Virus record (IMG/VR): IMGVR_UViG_2579778753_000004
Source of the DNA: a virus
Taxonomy: Duplodnaviria; Heunggongvirae; Uroviricota; Caudoviricetes
DNA length: 34,205 bases
Direction: 5' to 3' (one strand)
Under the pieces are notes generated by a model. The model was not told the origin of the DNA, did no database searches, and worked only from the letters and a program-made list of their open reading frames with translations. The translations under genes and the position numbers were made by a program. Numbering within the stretch: position 1 is the first letter of the stretch; each line of letters opens with the position of its first letter. Below, piece after piece: positions 9,559 to 17,480 of this stretch.

Positions 9559-9753
9559 GGTGGTTATCCTCTGAAAGCGGAAAAACGGAAGGAAAATGTC
9601 TGAGAGCCATGCAGAACAGCCGCGAGTAGCGGCTGTTAAGTGATGAGGAGTTAATGATTATCGCCGAACTCGCTTCTGATTTGCACTTCAGCCTGCTCCA
9701 GCCACATCTCCAGATCGTCAGTATCGAGGGCATCAATCTCCCCCGGCTGAAAT

Positions 9754-10068
9754 CTAAACCACCTCGCCAGCAGCCCCTGCGCCTGCATCAGCGTTTTCGT
9801 CGCTCTTGCCCAGCCCAGTGACTTGCTGAAATCGTTTCTGCAGCTCCATGTAGTCGGCAAGATCCATATTATCGAGGTCTTCCGGAAGAATACCGGTGCT
9901 ACGGGCAATCAGCGGCTCGTCCCAGTCAGCCGGGTCTTTACTGATTTTGCGCACCTGCTTCAGGTCTTTGACCGTCAGGCGTTTCAGTTCAACCTGCTCA
10001 ACTCTGGTGCCAGCAGCGGTGGTGAAGGGGTAAGACAGCTTAAAAGTATCGGATTGGGTTTGTGACAT
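9754..10068 (-). CDS. Tail assembly chaperone (lambda G / P2 E analogue)
   Basis: 104 aa acidic protein between tube and tape measure genes; a +1-frame ORF continues to 9651 (see findings). Confidence 0.7.
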   Translation of the reverse strand: MSQTQSDTFKLSYPFTTAAGTRVEQVELKRLTVKDLKQVRKISKDPADWDEPLIARSTGILPEDLDNMDLADYMELQKRFQQVTGLGKSDENADAGAGAAGEVV

Positions 10069-10135
10069 GATCGTGCTCCTGTGTAAGTTCAGAGCAGTAT
10101 GTCTGGTGGTGGGACTGGCAGATATTAAAGGGGAT

Positions 10136-10160
10136 TAAGAAGAAAGGGGCCGAAGCCCCT
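10136..10160 (-). terminator. Candidate intrinsic terminator after the small tail-operon ORF
   Basis: On the minus strand AGGGGC-UUCG-GCCCCU followed by UUUCUUCUUAAU, 6 nt after the stop of ORF 10167-10448. Confidence 0.5.
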
Positions 10161-10166
10161 GTGATA

Positions 10167-10448
10167 TCAGTGAGTGCGAAAGCCTTTGCAGTTACGCAGG
10201 AAGGCGATAAGAAGTACCTTTCCTTCAGATTTGCCGATGCCGGTGAACCAGTGGTCAGGTGGCTCCCATGCCTCAATCAGGTCAGCGAGCTTTCGTGCTT
10301 TGGAGCGTGTGCAGTCAATCGGGTCATTGGTTTTCTGGGTATTAAAAAGGTTTTCCACCCCTGAAATATCAAGGATGGTAAACCACGTACCATTCCCCAT
10401 GCCAATCGAACCACAGTTCCCGCCTTTATCTTCAATCTCGACGGTCAC
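10167..10448 (-). CDS. Hypothetical protein (possible moron between tube and chaperone genes)
   Basis: 93 aa from a GTG start with GGGGG RBS inside the tube gene 3' end (internal ATG gives 77 aa); no family recognised; followed by its own terminator. Confidence 0.5.
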   Translation of the reverse strand: MTVEIEDKGGNCGSIGMGNGTWFTILDISGVENLFNTQKTNDPIDCTRSKARKLADLIEAWEPPDHWFTGIGKSEGKVLLIAFLRNCKGFRTH

Positions 10449-10450
10449 CG

Positions 10451-10972
10451 TCAGCCCCCGATGTTGATGCGGTAGTCGGTCAACTGGTCAATGCCGCCGA
10501 CGCGGAAGATGTTGGCCAGATAGTCCAGCTCCAGCAACTCTTCACCATCCAGTACCTGCTTGATGTACGTGCAGGTGAAGCTACTGGAGAACTCGGCGTT
10601 CTCATGCTGTTTGAACGTCCCCAGCGGGTTCTTCTTAAACATGATCGTCAGGAAAGTGACCAGCGGAATTTCGTCAATCAGCCCCTGCGAGCTGTAGCGC
10701 TGAACGCTGGAACGGCACTGCAGCGCCAGCGACTTATACGGGTTCGCGGCAGACAGCATCGCGTCGCGGTAAAAGCTGTTCCACTTGATCTCGCCCTCAA
10801 GCTTGTCGAAGCCAGCAGGGAGTTCCACCTTGCCCACCATCCCCAGCGCCTTATGCTCCTGCATGGTCATGGAGACGTCAGGCAGTTTGACCTCCTCGGC
10901 CCGGCCCAGCAGGTTAGCGCCATCCAGGTAGATGTTGGCATTCGTGATGCGGTTGATCTCAATCTTTGCCAT
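10451..10972 (-). CDS. Tail tube protein (Mu M / P2 FII family)
   Basis: 173 aa immediately downstream of sheath gene. Confidence 0.8.
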   Translation of the reverse strand: MAKIEINRITNANIYLDGANLLGRAEEVKLPDVSMTMQEHKALGMVGKVELPAGFDKLEGEIKWNSFYRDAMLSAANPYKSLALQCRSSVQRYSSQGLIDEIPLVTFLTIMFKKNPLGTFKQHENAEFSSSFTCTYIKQVLDGEELLELDYLANIFRVGGIDQLTDYRINIGG

Positions 10973-12399
10973 CAGCTATTCCCCTTCAGGGTTAACAGGT
11001 ATTCCGAGGTGATCTCGGTCTCAAACGTCAGTCGCTCCAGCGGCGGTGGCGGCGTGTATTTGTAGCTCAGCAACAGATGACCGGCGGCCAGCTCCATCTC
11101 TTCATTACGGGCCGGATCAAACCAGCAACTGAAGCCCAGCAGTGCACCGTCGCCAATCAGCTTGCGACCGTAGGCGTTGACCGACTCCGTCAGCGCATCA
11201 ATCAGTGCCTGGGTAATCGGCATGTCGATGTACTGCTGGCTGAAATAACGCAGGGACTCGTTGATAACATCACCGGTGCGGCGAACGTTCTCAAAGTTGC
11301 GCATATGGGTGACCGTTGGCCATGCTGCCGTCCGGTTGCCCCACAGACGCAGGCCGCTGCCGTAGCTGCTGAAGACCGTAGTGATGCCCTGTTCGTTGAG
11401 CAGGTTCACCTCGCTCTGCGGGTCATCAATCATTGCCGACAGCTGGCGCTCCACGCCGGTGATACCCAGAATCTCCTGGTTGGAGGACGACCACCAGTAG
11501 CCCTTGTCCAGGTCGACCTTGGCACGCAGACCTGCAGCACGCTGGCTCAGCGGCTCCAGCCGTTCGCTGTTGGTGGCCGCGTCGTACACCTTGACGTGCG
11601 GATAGCACAGACGGACGCGGTCGGAGCTGGTATTGAAGTTAATGGTGCCTTCCGGGCCACGCCCCGCCAGAGCCTGCGCAAAAGTGGTACCAATCGGCGC
11701 GTCGATGTAGGTCACCGCGCCCAGCTTCTCAGCCATGGCGATAAGCTCAACCGAGACGCTGTTCTGGGTGCAGAATACCGGGGCAATCAGAATTTTGGCG
11801 AAGTAGCCAAACAGGTTGAAGCTGTCGTTAAGCAACTTCATGCCGGTACGGTTGCCTGCCGCGTTAACGGTACCGATGATATCAGCCGGGGTGACTTTGG
11901 TCGGATCGGCATAGTTATAGCTGGCCTTCACCGTTGCATCTGCAGCAATGCTTTTACCAAGATTAGTAATCACCCCGGTCTGCGCATCAAGCGAGTAGTC
12001 CTGACCTTCCACATAAGGCTGACCGTCGCTGTCCGGTTTCAGTACCAGCTGCGCGATCACCGGATTAGCCAGCTGTGCCTTGCCCGTCGCCTTTTCGAAT
12101 GTTACGTCTTCATCGGCCACAGCGGTTTTATGCACAGCCGGATCAAGCACGTTAATGACCAGAACGGTGCCTGCCCCATGGTCGTAGATCGCATCCAGTG
12201 CCTGCGGAATGGTAAAGCCAGTGAGCTGGCTGCCAAACGCCGCTGCATCTTTCTCAGACAGGCACTGCACCAGCGTATTGACGTCTCCCATTGGGGCGGT
12301 ACCAATCAGGCCAATGACGGCGGATTTCACCGTTTTAACCGGGCGGGCACCGTTTTCCACCTCAATGGTTTCGACGCCATGCAGATAGTTAGCTGACAT
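10972..12399 (-). CDS. Contractile tail sheath protein (Mu L / P2 FI family)
   Basis: 475 aa, sheath-like size and synteny. Confidence 0.85.
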   Translation of the reverse strand: MSANYLHGVETIEVENGARPVKTVKSAVIGLIGTAPMGDVNTLVQCLSEKDAAAFGSQLTGFTIPQALDAIYDHGAGTVLVINVLDPAVHKTAVADEDVTFEKATGKAQLANPVIAQLVLKPDSDGQPYVEGQDYSLDAQTGVITNLGKSIAADATVKASYNYADPTKVTPADIIGTVNAAGNRTGMKLLNDSFNLFGYFAKILIAPVFCTQNSVSVELIAMAEKLGAVTYIDAPIGTTFAQALAGRGPEGTINFNTSSDRVRLCYPHVKVYDAATNSERLEPLSQRAAGLRAKVDLDKGYWWSSSNQEILGITGVERQLSAMIDDPQSEVNLLNEQGITTVFSSYGSGLRLWGNRTAAWPTVTHMRNFENVRRTGDVINESLRYFSQQYIDMPITQALIDALTESVNAYGRKLIGDGALLGFSCWFDPARNEEMELAAGHLLLSYKYTPPPPLERLTFETEITSEYLLTLKGNS

Positions 12400-12643
12400 G
12401 GGAGTCCTCCGTTTTCACATCGCTGTCGCCGCCGTTCCTGCGCTTTGGTGACTGCACAGCCGGTATGCTGGCGGGTTTAGTCTCTTCAGATACCGGCGTC
12501 AGATGCTTCAGCGCCACCAGTACCTTCACATAGTCATGCTCCTCCGGCAGGGAAACATTCTTCCCCGGCCAGAGCAGGATTTCGGTTCCGTCCGACAGCG
12601 TGACGCCGCTGGCCGGGCCGGAATAGCGGTATTCTTTCATCAC
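12389..12643 (-). CDS. Small conserved Mu-like protein upstream of sheath
   Basis: 84 aa, overlaps both neighbours by a few nt. Confidence 0.5.
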   Translation of the reverse strand: MMKEYRYSGPASGVTLSDGTEILLWPGKNVSLPEEHDYVKVLVALKHLTPVSEETKPASIPAVQSPKRRNGGDSDVKTEDSHVS

Positions 12644-13104
12644 TCGCTTTCCTCATAGTTCACTTCGGTTAACAGCGGGCCGGACGGTAAATCGCTGTCT
12701 TCGATAAAGACGCTTTCGGTTGCGAAGTCGAGAGCGTACTGCCACAGCCCCTTGGCCTCACCGATAAACACCTCACGGGTCAGCCAGATACGGCGGCGGC
12801 AGTTCGGCGGGGTGTAGCCGCCGAGTATGCGGCGGACTGCATCCAGAACGTCAATCGCACCTCTTTTACCGTTGAGCTGGCGGAAGACCACCGTGACGCA
12901 GAGCTGGATAGTCTGAGGCTGGATCACCGCACCAATATCATCGGGTTTGTCGAAGCGTGAACCGGCATAGCTCAGCAGCAACGCCCCGACAGGATGATTC
13001 AGACGGTATTCGGACGGCTTTTCCGGGAAGTACTCCACCTGCAGCTGGGGCAGCTTCTCGCGCAACCGGGCCAGCACAGCATCGAGGACGGGCAGAACGT
13101 TCAT
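12640..13104 (-). CDS. Mu gp37-like head-tail joining protein
   Basis: 154 aa, synteny between gp36-like and sheath genes. Confidence 0.6.
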   Translation of the reverse strand: MNVLPVLDAVLARLREKLPQLQVEYFPEKPSEYRLNHPVGALLLSYAGSRFDKPDDIGAVIQPQTIQLCVTVVFRQLNGKRGAIDVLDAVRRILGGYTPPNCRRRIWLTREVFIGEAKGLWQYALDFATESVFIEDSDLPSGPLLTEVNYEESE

Positions 13105-13550
13105 CAGTATTTCTCCAGTAAGCCGTCGCGCCCGCCAAAGGTGGGGCGACGTGCCCGCGCCCGGATTTCACCGGACTCAGGTACGTCTTTTTGAGTGGAC
13201 TGCAGCCCCAGCGTCAGCTTCCCGTCGCGGATAGCCTCAAGCTGACGCCGGGCCTCTTTGTTGTCGTCTTTGACGGTGTCAGGCAGATCACCTTCAGGAC
13301 GACGGACATACAGGCGGTAACGCACCAGCGTGATGGCAATATCCCGCAGAACGGTAGGCACTTCTGCCAGCGGCAGGGTATAGCGGCCACGAAGGTGCGC
13401 ATCAATCAACTCCCCGGCGTAGCGAACACAGCTGTCCACAACCGTCACATTCACCGTGGCAGGGGTGTCGAAATCCACGACCTCGTTAGTGAGCTGAATC
13501 AGCGTTGACTCAGGCACTTGTTCCTGTAAATCCGCCAGGGTGCAGTACAT
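13104..13550 (-). CDS. Mu gp36-like protein
   Basis: Start reassigned to ATG at 13550 (MYCTLADLQEQ...), 2 nt after the upstream TGA; the ORF-track start at 13679 would overlap the previous gene. Confidence 0.6.
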   Translation of the reverse strand: MYCTLADLQEQVPESTLIQLTNEVVDFDTPATVNVTVVDSCVRYAGELIDAHLRGRYTLPLAEVPTVLRDIAITLVRYRLYVRRPEGDLPDTVKDDNKEARRQLEAIRDGKLTLGLQSTQKDVPESGEIRARARRPTFGGRDGLLEKY

Positions 13551-13551
13551 G

Positions 13552-13908
13552 TCACACCCCGCGCAGGATGCGGATAACATCGCCTTCGGCCAGTGCTTCA
13601 TCCAGCGCAATCCCGGCTGAAATACCTGCCGGGGTGTCGCCTGATGCTGCTGTCTGGGGAACGGCGCAGGCATTTGCATCCGACTGAACGTTCAGCCCCC
13701 TGGCAATCGCGGCACCGGCCTCGACGGCAACAATGCCCAGTACGTTGACCGGGGTTACATCACCGGCTGCGGCATCCACCTCTGCCACGCCGAGCGCGAC
13801 GGCTCCGGCCTGACAGGGGGCGTTATCGGCACCGACAAAGCGCTGTTGCGTCAGCGCCGCACTGGCCGTCACGGTAGTGGTCAGAATGACCTGCTGTGTT
13901 GTACCCAT
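13552..13908 (-). CDS. Gly/Ala-rich small head-region protein
   Basis: 118 aa immediately downstream of the major capsid gene. Confidence 0.5.
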   Translation of the reverse strand: MGTTQQVILTTTVTASAALTQQRFVGADNAPCQAGAVALGVAEVDAAAGDVTPVNVLGIVAVEAGAAIARGLNVQSDANACAVPQTAASGDTPAGISAGIALDEALAEGDVIRILRGV

Positions 13909-13918
13909 GACCGTCTCC

Positions 13919-14872
13919 TTATTTCACGATGTTGGTGACGAGATACCCGGCATCGCCACCGACCACGGCGACTTTGTAGATATCGGTATAACGGCAGTAC
14001 TTCACCTTGCCGCCGACGCCGTCGTATTTATCCGCCACCGGCATCCCTTTACGGCGCAGGGTGTAGCCGAAGGACGGCTCGTTTTCGTCGGCGCTGTCGG
14101 TGCCCGGCTGGGGTTTGCCGACGTAATGCAGCATCAGGTTGTCGCCCCAGATATCAGCCGGGACTTTGTCCTTGTTCTGCGCATCTTTCATGGAGGCCAT
14201 AGAGACCGGCTCGCCGATCACCACATCTTCCAACTGGAAAAGGTCTTTCAGAATTTCGATGGTGATACGCTTGCGCTCGTTGGCTCCAATCGCGGCCTGA
14301 ATCGCCGGGTGGAACTTCAGCAGCGACATGACGCTGGCCCCCATGGTCATCAGGTTTGGGCGCAGGCCGGTTTTGTTACGTACCGCCTCAATGCCACCTT
14401 CAATGATGCCAATTGGATCACCTTTACCACCGACCCAGCGTTCAGCAGCTGCCAGTGCTTTAACGGACGATGCCGGGTAAACGTTTTTGTCCTGCGCCAG
14501 ACGGGCCGCATACAGTTCGCGCTTCAGGTTGACGCCACTGGTCACGCGACGAATGGCCTTGGCCTCTTCGTTGAACATCGACTCCGCCTGCTCGCGGTAG
14601 TCCACCGGCGCGGCCAGATCGTGCTCGTTAAGAACCAGATCCAGTTTGCCGGTCTTCTCACGTACCAGGACGTTACTGTCAGCCCCCACGGCACGCTCGG
14701 TGTCGTACTCAACAAAGGCGGATTTACCGAAGGTCGGGACGGTCACACCTTCCTTATCGGTCTGGACAATGGGGAAGATGCGTTCGCCGATAAATGCGGC
14801 ATTTTTATAACCGCGAGCGATGCTGGTCAGCACCGGGTCAACAACGCGCTTACCCTTTAAATAGTCAGACAT
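13919..14872 (-). CDS. Major capsid protein (Mu T family)
   Basis: 317 aa, N-terminus MSDYLKGKRVVDPVLTSIARGYKNAAF..., downstream of protease/scaffold gene. Confidence 0.85.
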   Translation of the reverse strand: MSDYLKGKRVVDPVLTSIARGYKNAAFIGERIFPIVQTDKEGVTVPTFGKSAFVEYDTERAVGADSNVLVREKTGKLDLVLNEHDLAAPVDYREQAESMFNEEAKAIRRVTSGVNLKRELYAARLAQDKNVYPASSVKALAAAERWVGGKGDPIGIIEGGIEAVRNKTGLRPNLMTMGASVMSLLKFHPAIQAAIGANERKRITIEILKDLFQLEDVVIGEPVSMASMKDAQNKDKVPADIWGDNLMLHYVGKPQPGTDSADENEPSFGYTLRRKGMPVADKYDGVGGKVKYCRYTDIYKVAVVGGDAGYLVTNIVK

Positions 14873-14885
14873 GTTCTCTCCTTAA

Positions 14886-15983
14886 TTACAGGCAGCGGGA
14901 GACAGCAGCGTCGTAGCTGATGCCTTCTTTTTTCGACAGTTCCAGCGCTTTCTGATGCAGCGCCAGACGTTCCGGGTCGGCTTCAGCGAACTCTGCTGAC
15001 GTCGTTTTGATCTCCGTGTTCACGCGGTCTTTGGTCGCGTGCTCACTGAAATTCAGTACCGGCTCAGTGCTGTCCAGCAGCGTCTTAAACGCCGTGGCCA
15101 GAGGGGTGCGGATATCGCCTTCGGCAAACTCAACCGGCTTGTCGCCTGCAGAGACCGCGTCCAGAATGGCCACGACAACCGACTTCGCTTTAGGAGCCAG
15201 TCGGCCATCGCCAACCAGCTTCTCGGCAAAGGAGACGTTGTCCGCGTGCAGTTTGTCCTGCTTAGCCTTCGCTTCCTGTTCCGCCCGCTGGGTGGCTTCC
15301 GCTTTCAGACGCGTGTTTTCCGCCTGAAGCGCTTTGATTTCGTCTTCAGTCATGGTGCTGTTCTCTTTTTGAGGGGTGGGATTGTGTTCACTGAAGTCCG
15401 GTTCAGACTTCCCGGTGTCGCGGTAAGCCTCTTCACGCAGGGAGTCCACCTGCCATGAAGGAAGCACCTTGTCGGTCTCGTCCAGCCCGAACTGGGCGAT
15501 CAGAAAATCGCGCAGACGGCCCCATAAAGAGGCATTGGTGATATCACTCCAGTCGGCAAACTCCACGACGCCTTCTTCTTTCTCACCAAACGAAACCTGC
15601 TTAAGCCCCTTAATGGACGGTGGCTGCGCCCCCAGAAAGCCGACATGACGCAGGTAAAGCGTGCCGGGCTTCGGGTTGTTCGGTGAGTCCGGGAGATAGA
15701 ACGAGGCTGAGACCTTCTTGAAGCGCCCGTTGCCCACCAGTTCGGCAAACTGCGGGTCGAGCTGGTCAGGCTCAGCCAGCAGATCGCCGCCGTTAAGCGA
15801 CAGGGATTTCACCCAGCCCCACGCCGGGTCTTCCGTTTTGGGGTGGCCAATAACGAGTGGTGCTTCATGGACGGACGGGTCATAGGCTTTCACGCAGGCG
15901 GCAAGATCGCTTTGCGTGAACGGCAGTTTCGTGCCGTGCATATCGGTATGAGTACCGGCTTTAAAAATGTGAATGGCTGGCAT
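14886..15983 (-). CDS. Prohead protease / scaffold (Mu I family)
   Basis: 365 aa; coiled-coil acidic C-terminal half with an in-frame internal ATG at 15353 (MTEDEIKALQ...) that could give a separate scaffold as in Mu I/Z. Confidence 0.8.
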   Translation of the reverse strand: MPAIHIFKAGTHTDMHGTKLPFTQSDLAACVKAYDPSVHEAPLVIGHPKTEDPAWGWVKSLSLNGGDLLAEPDQLDPQFAELVGNGRFKKVSASFYLPDSPNNPKPGTLYLRHVGFLGAQPPSIKGLKQVSFGEKEEGVVEFADWSDITNASLWGRLRDFLIAQFGLDETDKVLPSWQVDSLREEAYRDTGKSEPDFSEHNPTPQKENSTMTEDEIKALQAENTRLKAEATQRAEQEAKAKQDKLHADNVSFAEKLVGDGRLAPKAKSVVVAILDAVSAGDKPVEFAEGDIRTPLATAFKTLLDSTEPVLNFSEHATKDRVNTEIKTTSAEFAEADPERLALHQKALELSKKEGISYDAAVSRCL

Positions 15984-16116
15984 TTTGCTGTCCCGCGTTA
16001 CGTTGTCGGGGACAGTCTGTGGAAAAAGCGTCAGCAGCGCTTTTAATCTGCTTTAGAAAAAATCGGGGGTATCAGTACGGGGAATGTCACGCTGCGGGCG
16101 AATAGTGGTGCAAAGC

Positions 16117-16152
16117 GGGGGCTGTAAAGCCTTTATAAAGGTAATACAGCCC
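16117..16152. promoter_or_regulatory. 36-bp imperfect palindrome in the G-I intergenic gap
   Basis: GGGGCTGTA-AAG-CCTTTATAAAGG-TAA-TACAGCCCC: 9-bp outer arms plus a perfect 12-bp inner palindrome, in a 214-bp non-coding gap of an otherwise overlapping operon. Confidence 0.45.
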
Positions 16153-16197
16153 CTCAGCGGCTGGCAATGATAAATCACCCGCCTGCAGAGACAAAAC

Positions 16198-16656
16198 TCA
16201 GCGACGGGCCGCTGCTTCAAGATGGCGGACAATCGTATCGAGGATAGGGACAACCACTTCAGGCTGCAGCTCACCGTCCCCCGTCAGCGGCAGGAACGGA
16301 CGGGCAGGAAGTTCAACGGACTCATTACGCCCCGTTTTACCCCCAAACTGGTGAATCGGCCCATAAACGACATTAGTGCCAACCGCTGCCTGCCGGTCGT
16401 CATGGTCGGTTGATACCGACCCCATCAGACGCCCGGTATCCTGCAGCGTTTGCCCGTCGCGCTCCTGCGCTGCCAGCGAGGGAGTCCACCCCGGACGCCC
16501 CTCATCGAGAAAGTTAAACTGCGTTTCCGCCAGCAGGGTTCCGGCGATTTTGCGCATCGCGGGTTCCAGGTCTGTGGCAGCAAGATCCAGCGCACGGAGG
16601 CTCCGGCGCAGGGATTCATCGTTAATGGTGACATTGACCAGGTTATCGGAAGCCAT
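16198..16656 (-). CDS. Virion morphogenesis protein (Mu G family)
   Basis: Start reassigned to ATG at 16656 (MASDNLVNVTINDESL...) with RBS GAGAGGA; the ORF-track start at 16923 lies inside the F gene. Confidence 0.75.
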   Translation of the reverse strand: MASDNLVNVTINDESLRRSLRALDLAATDLEPAMRKIAGTLLAETQFNFLDEGRPGWTPSLAAQERDGQTLQDTGRLMGSVSTDHDDRQAAVGTNVVYGPIHQFGGKTGRNESVELPARPFLPLTGDGELQPEVVVPILDTIVRHLEAAARR

Positions 16657-16658
16657 CG

Positions 16659-17480
16659 TTATCCTCTCAGTTCCTGCTGTGCCAGCGGTTGAAGCGTCCC
16701 CTGATAGCGGGCAAGGTCGGGACGGTATGCTGCCCCCGGCGCATAAGACCAGCCGACGTCGGTAGCCACCTTCGTGGTGCCGGTATTGAAGGTGGCGACG
16801 TTCTGCATCTCGCCGGTTTTCTCTGAGACCAGCTTCAGCTCCCATCCCAGAGCTGCGCCAGAACCTGACACCTTCAGGCCACGGGCACGCACATCCGCCG
16901 CGCTCAGGGCAATCACGCCACAACGGCAGCGCCAGCCGTTCGGCGGATAGAACGCCTGCCAGAACGGGTCATCATAGCGCAGCACCAGACCATGCAGCGC
17001 CAGATGGCTCTTGCGGGTATGGCTGTCGTTGATGCCGGTATACATCCAGTACGGCCTGTCGTCGACGTTCTCCATCTGCTCAGCCCAGCGACCGGCGCTG
17101 TAGAGTACGGACATATTTGTGCGAAAGATGGTGTCGAGACGCCATGGGCTGCCCTGCTGGATGGTGACCGGCTCGCCCGTTACCGGGTCGGTGGTGTCAC
17201 GTGACCCCCACCATCCCTTGCGCTGCAGCTCCGGCTCCAGCTCCTGCCGGAACCAGCGGCCTGTTTTTCCTTCATCGACAGCCTGCTGCAGTGCCCCGCG
17301 AATATCTTCCAGGATATCAAGGCGGGTCACTTTGGCGACGGTAAAGGCGCGGGCATGGGCATCCTGCCACATCTCCTCCCAGTCCCACGTGAAGCTATAC
17401 CCTTTGGACTTCAGGTAACTGATAGCCCGTTTGGGGGGCAACGTCATGCAGTACGCCAGTTCAGCCGTTGTCACGCTCAT
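16659..17480 (-). CDS. Head morphogenesis protein (Mu F family)
   Basis: Start taken as ATG at 17480 (MSVTTAEL...) with GGGGG RBS; overlaps the portal 3' end. Confidence 0.75.
   Translation of the reverse strand: MSVTTAELAYCMTLPPKRAISYLKSKGYSFTWDWEEMWQDAHARAFTVAKVTRLDILEDIRGALQQAVDEGKTGRWFRQELEPELQRKGWWGSRDTTDPVTGEPVTIQQGSPWRLDTIFRTNMSVLYSAGRWAEQMENVDDRPYWMYTGINDSHTRKSHLALHGLVLRYDDPFWQAFYPPNGWRCRCGVIALSAADVRARGLKVSGSGAALGWELKLVSEKTGEMQNVATFNTGTTKVATDVGWSYAPGAAYRPDLARYQGTLQPLAQQELRG

Noticed and set aside
9548-9736. ORF in the -1 frame downstream of the chaperone as the frameshift product
   Set aside because: Trp/Cys-rich product that overlaps the tape measure start; within the chaperone gene the -1 frame is blocked by a TGA. 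The +1-frame extension looks far more protein-like.
11077-12396. 439-aa plus-strand ORF spanning the sheath gene region
   Set aside because: Antisense to a well-supported sheath gene, Arg/Gly/Val-rich low-complexity translation, no start context. Other long antisense ORFs (13877-14860, 19236-20303, 27450-28457, 29038-29706, 5416-5931) were rejected on the same grounds.
16053-16274. 73-aa minus-strand ORF reaching into the G-I intergenic gap (candidate cargo gene at the anti-CRISPR position)
   Set aside because: Starts inside the G gene in another frame, Cys-rich composition, no RBS; the in-gap GTG alternative gives a 41-aa Cys-rich peptide without start context.
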